This document shows positions 35,450-47,131 of a stretch of DNA of 64,000 nucleotides, in pieces (position 1 is the first letter of the stretch; each line of letters starts with the position of its first letter). The notes under the pieces were generated by a model, which did not search any database, had not been told where the DNA came from, and saw only the letters and a list, made by a program, of their open reading frames with translations. The translations under genes and the position numbers were made by a program. The stretch is taken from assembly GCA_043228905.1 (NCBI GenBank), contig JBHGNT010000003.1, positions 992,001 through 1,056,000 of the forward strand, in the 5' to 3' direction. Source of the DNA: Azolla caroliniana. Its lineage: Eukaryota > Plantae > Polypodiophyta.

Positions 35450-38070
35450 CCGGACCTCCTTCCGACCAAGGCCACCGATGAGACGTAATGCACCACTGGA
35501 GTTGGTGCATACGGATGTGTGTCAGGTAGACACGAAGTCACATGCCGGAGCGTAGTACTTCGTGACGTTCATAGATGACCACAGCCAGAAACTGTGGGCC
35601 ACACCGTTGAAGACGAAGGATCAGGTGTTATCCGTCTTCAAAGAGCTCCACGCAAGAGTGGAAAGAGAAACCGGCCGGAAGCTGAAGGCGGTTCGAGCAG
35701 ATAACGGAGGAGAGTACCGGGGGCAGTTCGAGGAGTACTGCCGCTCGAAGGGAATCCGGCTTGAATTTACCGTGCTGAAGACGCCGGAACTAAACGGACT
35801 GGCCGAGAGGATGAACCGGACCATAATGGAGAGGGTCCGGAGTATGCTAGCGCATGCAAAACTACCCAAGAAGTTTTGGGCTGAGGCACTGTCGACGGCG
35901 ACATACGTGATAAATAGATCACCCTCAGTACCCTTGGACAGAGACACGCCACAAAGAGTATGGACCGGTAAGGAAGTATCCTACCGGCATTTGAAGGTGT
36001 TCGGGTGTCTCGCTTATGTGCATGTAGCTAAGGACCGGAGAGGTAAGTTAGATCCAAAGACCCGGCCATGCATATTCCTCGGTTACGGTGACGATGAGTT
36101 CGGCTACTGAGTGTGGGACCCGGTCGACAAGAAGGTATTCCGGAGTCAAGATATTATCTTCATGGAGGACAAGACGCTCGCCAACTGGGAGTCGGAGAAG
36201 AAGATAATGAACTCTGAGTCGACCGGTAAGGATAGACTCTACGATGAGCAGACCCAACCGGCAAGAGACCGGTTAGCACTCGAGGAACCAGCCGGTTACG
36301 GTGAGGATACCGAACCGACAGAAGAAGAAGTAGAGGAAGCTGAGACCGGAATCGGCCAAGACCCCGAATCGGATTCGGATGAAAGAGCAAATGGAGGAGC
36401 CGGTTACCGAAGCCCGAAGACGTAGATATCCTCTCAGAGAGAGAAGGGCCCCCCGGAGATTTCCGGATGCAGAGCATGTTCTGTTGACCGATGACGGGGA
36501 GCTGGAAAGCTTCGAAGAAGTGAAGGAAGACACCCACAACCGAAAATGGTTAAGTGCCATGCAGGACAAGATGGATTCCCTGCATGAGAACCATACATAC
36601 GAATTGGTGGAGTTGCCGAAAGGAAAGCGGGCACTCCGAAACAAGTGGGTGTACAAGTTGAAACTGGGAGATGCCGGCAACCCCCCGAGATACAAAGCCA
36701 GGATCGTGGTGAAGGGGTTCCAGCAGAAGAAGGGCGTGGACTTCGACGAGATATTTGCCCCGGTAGTAAAGATGACCTCCATCCGGACAGTGCTGAGTAT
36801 AGCAGCAAGCATGGACCTCGAGGTAGAGCAGCTGGACGTGAAGACGACATTCCTTCACGGCGACCTCGAAGAGGAGATCTACATGCAGCAACCGGAAGGA
36901 TTTGTGGAGAAAGGGAAGGAGCACCTGGTATGCCGGTTGAAGAAGAGCCTGTACGGATTGAAGTAGGCTCCTCGGCAATGGTACCGGAAGTTCGACTCCT
37001 TCATGACCGATCAAGGGTACCACAAGACACAGGCCGATCACTGCGTGTTTGTGAAGAAGTTCGAAGGAGGAGACTTCCTGATACTCCTCCTGTACGTGGA
37101 TGACATGTTGATCGTCGGACGTGACCAAGTCAAAATACGGATGCTGAAGAAGGCCCTCAACCGGACCTTCTCAATGAAAGACTTGGGTCCGGCAAGACAG
37201 ATGTTGGGGATGCACATCATTCGGGACCGGTTAAAGAAGCAACTATGGCTGTCACAGGAGAAGTATGTGACAAAGGTGCTTCACCGGTTCAACATGTCAG
37301 AAGCGAAACCGGCCGGATCGACACTTCCGGCAAACTGCAGGCTATCCGGCAAGCAAAGCCCGAAGACGAAAGCAGAGAAGGCGGATATGATGAAGATTCC
37401 ATATGCCTCTGCCGTCGGGAACTTGATGTACGCTATGGTGTGTACCCGACCGGATATAGGATACGCAGTCGGAGTGGTGAGCCGGTTCATGAGTAATCCC
37501 GGCAAGGAGCATTGGAACGCGGTCAAATGGATACTCTGGTATTTGAAGGGCACTTCAAATATGTGTCTCCGACTCGGCTCCAGAAAACCTCAACTGGACG
37601 GTTTCACCGATTCGGACATGTCGGCTGATGTGGATACCAGCCGGTCTACATCCGGATATGTGATGACATATGTAGGGGGAGTTGTTTCGTGGCAGTCGAG
37701 GCTGCAGAAGACGGTTGCATTGTCAACCACAGAGGCGGAGTACATGGCGGCTGTGGAAGCCGGCAAGGAAATATTATGGATGAAGGACTTCATCGGAGAG
37801 CTCGGTATCCGGCAAGAGGAATACCGACTCTACTGCGATAGTCAAAGTGCCATCCACCTTGCTAAGAATGCGGCCTACCATTCCCGGACGAAGCATATCC
37901 AGCGGAGGTATCACTAGATCCGGGAAAGAGTAGATGACCAGGAGTTCGCACTGACGAAGATCCACACGGCCGAGAACGGGTCAGATATGCTGACCAAAGT
38001 GCTGACACCCGACAAGCTGGACGCATGCTGGAAGAGGATCGGACTGGTAAGACACCCCATGCCGGAGTGA
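35450..38070 (+). pseudogene. Copia pol remnant (integrase-RT-RNase H) with premature stops and a frameshift
   Basis: In-frame stops at ~35553, 36108, 36964 and 37915; frame change near 36380-36420. Confidence 0.9.
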
Positions 38071-38160
38071 AGGGGGAGTTTGTTGGGAGACAGGTCCCTC
38101 CGGATGGGAAGGGAGAAGATCAGTGACGATGAACAAACTCGGCCGAGGCCGAAACCGTAT

Positions 38161-38488
38161 GAGGAGGACCCCGGCTACGGAGAGCCAGATGGTGCAGGCC
38201 CGGTATGAACCGTATGAGGAGGACCCCGGCTACGGAGAGCCAGATGGTGCAGGCCCGGTATGAACCGTATGAGGAGGACCCCGGCTACGGAGAGCCAGAT
38301 GGTGCAGGCCCGGTATGAACCGGATGAGGAGTACCCCAGCTACGGAGAGCCGGATGGTGCAGGCCCGATATGAACCGGATGAGGAGTACCCGGCTACGGA
38401 GAGCCGGATGGTGCAGGCCCGGTATGAACCGGATGAGGAGTACCCGACTACGGAGAGCCAGATGGTGCAGGCCCGGTATGAACAGGAT
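38161..38488 (+). repeat. Six-copy 54-55-bp tandem array in the U3 of the copia 3' LTR
   Basis: Unit gaggag(g/t)acccc(g)gctacggagagcc(a/g)gatggtgcaggcccg(g/a)tatgaaccg(t/g)at starts at 38161, 38216, 38271, 38326, 38381 and 38435. Confidence 0.95.
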
Positions 38489-39027
38489 GAAGAGACATAT
38501 TCATAAATATGTTTCTGAGAGCCCATCGTGGCTATATTTGTAAATAGCCGAAAAGTCATATTAGTATAAATATGACTTAGGGCAAACTAATATAAAGTAG
38601 TTGTTATTTTTCTCGTTGGTGCAAGAAGCAGAGACAGTACGTAACGTTGTACAGAGAGAGAGAGAGAGAAAGAGGTCGCTGCCTCTGTTGTAACCGCCGC
38701 CTGTGGCGAAGATCGTGAGTCCGAGGTCGTTGCCTCCGTGAACTCATTGTTCTGTACATTCTTACATAGTGACAGTTTGCAGCCTGTGGGCTGCCGTGGT
38801 TTTTCCCCTAGTTTGGGGTTTTCCACGTAAACCTCCTGTGTATCTTCCTCTCCTTTGTGTCGTGTTTTTCGTTTCCTGTTTTCTGTGTATGAAAAGAATC
38901 TCGGTTGTGGCCGAGCGTTGCGCATAAGGAACGACAAGTTCCCGTCACAACTAATATTTAAAAGCATTCTAACTAGATGAGATTATCTAGATCTTGCAAC
39001 TTTTGTATACCTTACACCCTACGTTCT

Positions 39028-42000
39028 AGAGAGAGAGAGAAAGAATAAAGATATATTATTAACATCTTCGAAGACCAAATATGGCCCATGAGTTGCTTAC
39101 AATAATGGGATGTACACGCAATCATCGAAAATAAAAATAAAAATAAACATAAATAAAATAGTGTTAGTGTAGTACAAAAATGTTATGGCATGTAGCATAT
39201 TCTATATTAAAGCTATGAGTTGAGACTAGTTTCATTTTGTTAAGGATTAGGTAATTAATTAAAGAATAATTATTACCTAATTATGTGATTAAGTTAAGCG
39301 ATTACATAGCGGAAAATTAAGTGATATATGCGTGTATGTGTGCGTGAGAGGAAGAGAGAGAGAAGTACACTTATGAACACAAAAACAAGATGGGGGATGA
39401 TAAAGTATATTAAAAGGTAAATATCATCAACTATCATCAAATACAAAAATACCTTCAATGAGGTATATATAGGTTTCATTTGCAAGGGTGCACATGTGCT
39501 AGGAGAATATAGGTACAACGTGTAAGTCCTATATTAAATGAGCATGGAGTGGTGGATCTACAATGTATCCCACTCAAGTACAAAATCCTATTTAAGGCTT
39601 TATGGTCAACACACTAACTAGATTCTATCTAGGTAACTACTAAGTTACATGTGTTGACTAACTAACTAAACTAAGTTGAGCTTTATCTCTCAACGCGCCC
39701 CCTCAAGCTCAAGTGTGAGGCGTCTGACATCCGGCGTTGTTTTCAGCGTTGTCCGACTTTCAATGTCGGCTTCTGTGCGGCTTCCGTCCGGCCTTCAGCT
39801 TTGTTCGCCGTGGCAATCTCGAGTCCTCCCCCTCAAGACGGCGACGAAGGCTTGTAGCATGTGGGTGAAGGTCGACTACTTCCACCCATCGTGGGTTACG
39901 AGCCGCTTCAGTGGAGCTCTTGGGCTCTTGTTCGGCCACTACCTTCATCGCGAAGGCGTAATGATGGGCCATATACTTGTTGTAGCCGAGCCGGGTGACA
40001 GGGTTCTTAGCTCTAGATGAGCGTCGAAGTTTTTCGCTCGCCGATGTGAGCGCCTTCTTTACTCCGGGTGTCCGCATGATGGGTACACCGAACTCATTGT
40101 CTAGTGAGGGATCTGACACATCCGAATCACTGTCGTTGGGGTGATTGACTTCGTATTCGGGCATCTTACCTTTGCCTTTGTCCAAGTTCGTACTTGGTTG
40201 CGACGTGCTTGGGTCGCATGCGGGCTCTTGTGGCCCACTAGGCTTTGCTGTAATCGACCTTTCTTCAAAGCGATCTCCATCTTCTACCTCTTGTTCGGCG
40301 GATTCCGGGTCGAGCGGAGTCAAAGTTGAAGTTGCCTCTGGTGCATACCACGATGCGGACTTGTCGAAGACTACGTCTCAACTTACCCGAACCGCTCGGG
40401 TAGAAGGGTTATAACACTTGTACGCCTTCTTCTCGGACAAGTATCCTATGAGGATGCATTCCTCCGACTTCGCGTCGGGCTTCTGTCGTTGTTCGTTCGG
40501 GATGCGTACATTCGCAATGCTTCCGAACACCTTGAGGTGCGACAAGATCGGCTTCCTTCCGACGAGGAGCTCGTATGGAGTTAGCTCATGGACTCTATTG
40601 GTGGTGCACCAGTTCATGAGATAGACGGTCGTGGATGCCGCTTCGGCCCAATAGAAATTCGCCATGTGCTTCTCATGCATCATGGCGCGTGCTACCTCGA
40701 GTATTTGCTGTTTTTTCCTTTCGGCGACTCCATTTTGTTGGGGTGTGTGTCGGCATGAGAATTCTCTCCGAATGCCTTCACTTTGGAGGTAGGACGTGAA
40801 CTCGTCGGAGAAGTACTCCTTTCCTCCATCCAATCGTAGGCATCGAATGTGCCAACCGGTTTCTTTTTCGACTTGCCCCTTGAGCTTTTGGAAGTGAGAG
40901 AGTACTTCGCTTTTCTTCTTCATCAGGTAGATCCACGCATAGAGTGAGTAGTCGTCAATGAAGGTTACGTAGTATCAGCATCTGCCGATCGTCGACGTTT
41001 GAGCCCTCCCCATACATCCGATTGTATAACGTCAAGGAGGCCTTTGCTCGCGGAGCTCTCCTTCGGGAATGGGAGTCGATGTTGTTTGCCGAGTTTACAT
41101 GCTTCGCATACTCGGTTGACTCGTTTCAACTCGAATGTTGGAAATCCGATGACGACTCCCTTGGTTTGCATCGCTCGAAGCCGTTGGAGGTTTATGTGGC
41201 CGATTCTCTTGTGCCACAACTTGATGCTTGTCTCGGTTTTGAGACCTTTGGCGTACATTGCCGATTTCACCTCGTTCGAATCAAGGATGAACATTCGGCA
41301 ATCTCTCCGCCCCTTCACTATGAGTCGGCCATCTTTCTCGATGAAACAACCTTTGTTGTTGAAGCAAACTTCCATTCCTTGCTCCACGATTTGGCCTACC
41401 GAGACCAAATTCTTCGTTATCGTGGGCACATGTAAGACATTCTTGATGCAATTGTTCTTGCCATTGTTGCCAAATGGAACGTTGCTGATGTGCCTAATGG
41501 GATGCGTGGTATCGTCTCCCGTCTCTATGTAGCCGAGTCGATCCGGTGTACGCAAGTCATTGAACCATTCTTTGTGGGATGTCATGTGATGTGAGGCGCC
41601 GAAGTCGACGAACCACACGTCTTTCGAGTTGGAGGTGCTTGCGGAGTTGGAGGCCATCATAGAGTTCGCTCTATGCCTCATTATGAATAGTCCGTCGTAA
41701 TCATCGTATTCGGACTTGACGGCGTAATTCGTGTGTTGTCGACTTGTGGAAGCCGACTCGCTTCTTCTTTTTTGGTATTCCTCCTCACGGTGGCCGATTT
41801 TGCCGCAATAGTTGCAAGTTGCGGGCCTCATTTGCTGACCTTGTTCGGCTTGGAAGCTCCCCCTTCTTCCGAAGGTTCCTCAGTGGCTTCCATGAAGGTT
41901 TGAGTTCCCTTCACGTGATGGATCGAATTGACCTCTTCTACCGTCGTGACCTCCTCCTCGGTCACCGTCCGAATTCAAAAAGAACATTTGTCCTTCCAAT

Positions 42001-44440
42001 GTCTTGGTCTTTGTTCGGACGTGGTTCTCTTCGACCAATAGCATTGATTGGAGGTCGAAGAATGAAGGAGGGTTTTCTCTCGCCAAGATTGCCGTCCGTA
42101 GTGGATCAGATCGTTGTGCGAGACCACCCAAGCATCCTTGAACCATCTCGTCTTCGTCGACGTTTATGTTGATGGAGCCAAGTGAGTCACAAATGCTCTT
42201 GATTTTGGCGGTGTAGTCCGACACGAACATGTCTTTTTGTTGAATGTTGTTCAACTCTTGTCGGAATTGAAGCTTTCGGGCGGTCGTGTTGGTGGCGAAC
42301 ATTTTCTTTAATTTCTCCCACGCCTCTTTGGGCGTCTCGGCGTCTCGAATGTGGCTAAGCATGTGGTCGTGGACACATGTTGCCAAGCAATACATGACTC
42401 GACTCGCCGCTTGCTCCCATGTTGTATCGTCAGCATTTTTCAAGTCGGGTTGATTTTCTTGAGCGTCTTGATGTAGCTCCAATACCCTTGTCCGACGAGG
42501 TATTGGGTCATCTTGTACTCCCAAGATGAATAATTGCTCCAATCTAGCTATTCACTAGGGAGCGAGCTACCCATTTGTGTGTTCATGTTGATTGTGTCTT
42601 CTCTTCTTTTGCTTTTCTTCCTTCGATCACATACACGTGCTACGTAGCGGCACTACAGTAGCCGATAGCCGGATTTTGTCGTCGGCGTCTCGGAACACAC
42701 AATCACGGAGTCGGGTGGGCTTAGTGGATTTTCTAAACCACACGCTCTGATACCATGTTAAGGATTAGGTAATTAATTAAAGAATAATTATTACCTAATT
42801 ATGTGATTAAGTTAAGAGATTACGTAGCGGAAAATTAAGTGATATATGCGTGTATGTGTGCGTGAGAGGAAGAGAGAGAGAAGTACACTTATGAACACAA
42901 AAACAAGATGGGGGATGATAAAGTATATTAAAAGATAAATATCATCAACTATCATCAAATACAAAAATACCTTCAATGAGGTATATATAGGTTTCATGTG
43001 CAAGGGTGCACATGTGCTAGGAGAATATAGGTACAACGTGTAAGTCCTATATTAAATGAGCATGGAGTGGTGGATCTACAATGTATCCCACTCGAGTACA
43101 AAATCCTATTTAAGGCTTTATGGTCAACACACTAACTAGATTCTATCTAGGTAACTACTAAGTTACATGTGTTGACTAACTAACTAAACTAAGTTGAGCT
43201 TTATCTCTCAACACATTTCCATCCAAGTTTCTCGAAATGGAGCAAGGGGTTTAAGGGTTTCAATGAAAGTGTGGCCAATGGTCTCAATGTAAATGATATC
43301 CTGACCATAGTTTCTACACGAAGTAACTCGCGTTCCTTTATCTTCTTAATGTCTTCTACATGATAATGAGTGACTTTGAAGCCTAATTATCCAATGGGAA
43401 TTTTGTTGCTCTTTGGTTTTTTGCTTCAACAAGGGAGAGGTCGTGTTGCAAGTGTGTCCACATTCCTCGTTCCCCCCTGTCCTTGAAAAAATTCAATGTT
43501 TACGTGTTGATGAATATTAGAAAGGTTACGGTTAACATTTTGTAGCTTACTCTCTCTATGTCATTTTAGCTCTAAGATATACCTACGTAGTGTCTTTATG
43601 TCTTATGTATCGAATAATTGGGAGAGGGTGTGAGAGGGTCCAAGTATGTCTTGGTATTTTCTCTTATCTCGATGGAAGTTGCACATTTGCATGTAAAATG
43701 GTACTCATCCTATTATCTGAATGTGACATAATCTATATATCCTCTCCTCTCTAGGAACTCCATTAGCACGATCATTTTCAATCTCAAGTTGGTGGGATGA
43801 TACTCCAAGTTGTCCAACAGTAACCCTTAGTGCATGTAATAAGAATATATCTATAATATTTTGGTTGTATAATGAAACCCAACTCAAAGAGATGTATGAA
43901 ATTCTCCATAAAGTACAACATTTAAGATGGGAGTGATTCTAATGGTTTCATCCATCTATGTAGAATATAAATTTGTCATATTTCTTGGCGTATCACTTTC
44001 TTACGGTTCCCATAAGATATTAAAGTTTTATCTATCTCAAGGTCGTACCTAAGAGGAGGTAGTTAATTAATGTCTAGGCCATTTGTGAAAAGTCAACTTA
44101 CCACGATATTAGACCAAAAGCTAGTATCACCAAACCATGATATTAGCACAAGGGGTAAAGTGAACTTTTCTCCAATGATTTTCATATGTTAGTGTTGATC
44201 TGCTTCAAATATGTCGTGATAGCATTATGATGAATGGTCTCTCTAATTGCGACCACATGAAAGGTGGTAGCCCCGGAGCTCAAACCACTGCTGCATACAT
44301 GAGGGAAGTGGTTACTAATGAGTCGAAGAGCTACCCCTTTGTTCGTGGCTCTTGGAAGCATGCATGGTGGCATTGTCTCTTTAAGAGTGAGAGGGAAGCA
44401 TATCCTCTTGTTAGTCTATCTTTTGTTGCTTGTGTCATAC
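39028..44440 (-). mobile_element. Decayed 5'-truncated LINE copy (same family as 50571-61700), interrupted by the second copia element
   Basis: (GA)n tail and 3' motif at 39028-39095. After the copia the sequence resumes catttccatccaagt (cf. 50792). It carries LHALRVTVGQLGVSSHQLEIENDRANGVPREERIYRLCH and aligns by eye to 50790-52075 plus 59099-59132. Confidence 0.85.
39238..43213 (-). mobile_element. Ty1/copia LTR retrotransposon, non-autonomous (RT and nearly all RNase H deleted); LTRs 43213-42756 (5') and 39695-39238 (3'), 458 bp
   Basis: TSD CATTT at 39233-39237 and 43214-43218. PBS TGGTATCAGAGC (tRNA-iMet) directly after the 5' LTR; PPT ttgagggggcg. Gag (AWEKLKKMF, UBN2-like), zinc knuckle CNYCGKIGH, protease WFVDFGASHHMT, LWHKRIGH, integrase LRLDGGKEY / QNGVAER. 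About 6 LTR mismatches by eye. Confidence 0.95.
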
Positions 44441-46050
44441 ATATGAGAGAACAAAGAGAATGTGATCAATCTCCCAAATTTATCGATGTATTAAACATGT
44501 CAATTAAATAACATCTATCAATAGGAATAATAATGATCATAACAATGTGGGGATGGCCCATAACTCATATTTTGTTGGAGTAATACCTTGGTTAGGTTCT
44601 AGAGAGACCATGGGTTATTTTACGATATGTTAAGTCAGATTATTTAGATTATCTTGCATATTTCTCCGTCACTTTTTACCTTTAGCAAGTTCAAGGTTTT
44701 ATGAATGAGTGTATAGGTTTTTCTATGAAGTGATGAGGAGTAGTTTTGATATAATAATTATTTGCATTACATTATTGCTAATATTGCCCATATTACAACA
44801 TACATGCACAAAGGGCATCAATGATATTTTGCTTACAATGTATCCTTGAACTACTAAGCATTCTTCATTATGACGATGCAAAGAGATTGCCTCTAGGATG
44901 ATATATTGAGGATTGCCTTTTGACATTGAAACCATGAATGGTGGACAATATCGTGCCCATTATATGTTGTCTTGTTTGTCAAAGGCATCTTGATTATTTG
45001 GTCAAGTTTAAGTTTCGTCTTGAATGTCGATTATGTGGTCTGACATAGCCATAGAATATTGTACATGATTTTACTTTCTAGAACTTTTAATATACACGTG
45101 GAACAAAAGTTTCAATAATAATAATGATGATGATAATGGTTGATGGTGTATGATTGGTATAACACATATTAAGCCGATCATAACACATGTTTACGCATAT
45201 ATTAGAACATAATGTGTATGTATGATATTCTAGTTATGTGTGTCTCACTATGTTACAATGTGAAGACATCGCATTGAGGATCATATGAGGATGAGCTTTC
45301 GGACGATTCCGTAATTATGACACACAAAGATGTCACATCAAGAGGACGAATATAATCTCTAGGATGAAGTTTTGGGGCATTGAAAAGTATGAGTGATAAT
45401 TTATAAACATTGGTTGAATTGTATTTATGTCAACCATATGACAAATTGCACTCACTTTATGACAAATTGGAAGTCTTAGTACGAGTGCCACTTTGAAATA
45501 GTCATTAGTAGTACAATATTGAATATTACCTCACTTGTCTTGACCTTTGTATGTGTGTATATAAACTTTTCTCCTCATCCTTATGGTCATGGATCCAATT
45601 AGCTGACATTAAGATAGTGATTATTAAGCTAACATTAAGATAGTGGTTATTAGCGAACATTAAGTAGTAATTATTGGAAGTCTCCATATGAATGCCACTT
45701 TGACATAGTCATTCATAGTACAATATTGAATATAAGGCCACTTGTCTTGACCTTTGTATATATATATATATATAGACTTTTCTCCTTATCCTTATGGTCA
45801 TGGGTCCAATTAGCTGACCTTAAGATAATGATTATTAGCTAAGATTAAGATAGTAATCATTGGCTAACATTAAGAGAGCGATCATTAGCTGGCATTAAGA
45901 GAGTGATTAAGTATAACACAAACGATTAAGGGCGAGAGCACACGGAGGCTGCGCTGCATTCTTCAATCTTCAACCTTGGTCTTGTTCATCAGCTGTTCCA
46001 TCTCCGGTTTCTTGAAACCTATAGTTTCCGCTAAACCCCAAACCTCGGTC

Positions 46051-47131
46051 ATGAGGAAAGTCCATGAAAGCTTGGAGCAGCTCAAGGGCCTCTCATCCAT
46101 GGATTATAGAAATCCTCAGCTTTGGTAACTTAGTTAATCATGATCTTCATACATCATTAGCTCACCCATTCATGTGTGGATTATGATCGGTGTCCGTAAT
46201 TAACTTCGAATTATGGTTAAACTAATGGTTAGATTATGTTATCGTAATTAGGGATCCGGAGATGCCTCACCGCCGAGTTGCGATGGCATGCTTGGTCAAG
46301 GCTGTGTACAACCTCGAGAAAGATCCAGAGCACAGGGAGAGGTGGTCGAAGGAGTCGGAGGTGGACAGGGCGACCGCGACATGGTGGACACATTTCGGCT
46401 ATGAACTCGAGGAGATGCTCACGGACCGGAATACTGTGTTCGGGGCAGTCTACCGAAGCCAAACCCGACCGAATCACGGTGGGCCGAGTGCCCCGCCGAG
46501 CCTCGTGGTTTCATTCCGCGGGACAATGCTCCGGACGGGAGACTGCGAGGCGAATGCATTGATATGTTTCGGGAAGCTGGAGCTCCACCGAAGGTACGAG
46601 ATCGCGCTAGCAGCCGTGGAGAGGGCGGTGGAAGAGGTGGGATGGGAGAGAGTGTGCGTGACGGGTCACTCGATGGGCGCGGCCATAGCATTGCTCGCAG
46701 GGCGCGCCATGGCCAAGAAGGGGAAGCTTCTGGAAGCTCATCTCTTCAATCCGCCACACCTAACTGCTCGCGGTAGTTGTGAGAGGCTTCCGGGGATGGC
46801 CGAGAAGGAGGAGTCATCCGCGGAAGTAGAGATGAGAATGTCATGGTTGAGGCGGTGGCAGCCGCATCTCTACATCCATACCCATGACCCAATCTGCTCG
46901 CGTTTCATCGATTTCTTCTGCCGGACCTCGTACTCCTCCTCATGTCAGAGGAGCCTCCCGTCCGACCGCCTCATTCCGTGCGCTCGGCTCTTTATACGCA
47001 ACCCCTATCACTCCTCCTCCTCCTCCTCCCAACACATCCTAGAGCCTCACAAATTGTTGCAATGGTGCCATGCCAAGCTCCCGGACGTGAGCACCATCCA
47101 CGCCAAGCTCCCGGATGTGACTAAATCATAA
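46051..47131 (+). CDS. Alpha/beta-hydrolase, class-3 lipase-like (At4g10955-like); exons 46051-46124 and 46252-47131
   Basis: Exon 1 MRKVHESLEQLKGLSSMDYRNPQL joins through TG|gtaact...aattag|G in frame to W-DPEMPHRRVAMACLVKAVYNLEKD. Family motifs VVSFRGT, nucleophile TGHSMGAAIA, HLFNPP, W.PHLYIH..DPIC and H.L.QW. Confidence 0.85.

Larger units (their letters stand above)
35316..38947 (+). mobile_element. Ty1/copia LTR retrotransposon (Tnt1/Tork-like), defective: most of 5' LTR, PBS, gag and protease deleted
   Basis: TSD CAACT at 35311-35315 and 38948-38952. 5' LTR stub 35316-~35444; full 3' LTR 38081-38947 (TG...CA); PPT gaagggggagtt. Domain order INT (LELVHTDVC, RADNGGEY, NGLAERMNRT) - RT (YKARIVVKGF, LLYVDDML) - RNaseH (ALSTTEAEY, SDMLTK). 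Confidence 0.95.

Noticed and set aside
35621-37965. Antisense and alternative-frame ORFs over the copia pol region
   Set aside because: Shadow ORFs of a GC-rich retrotransposon coding sequence.
35316-43213. Two adjacent copia elements as a complementing bipartite system (one INT-RT-RH, one gag-PR-INT)
   Set aside because: Unrelated LTRs, separate TSDs, opposite strands and multiple stops in both; coincidence is more likely.
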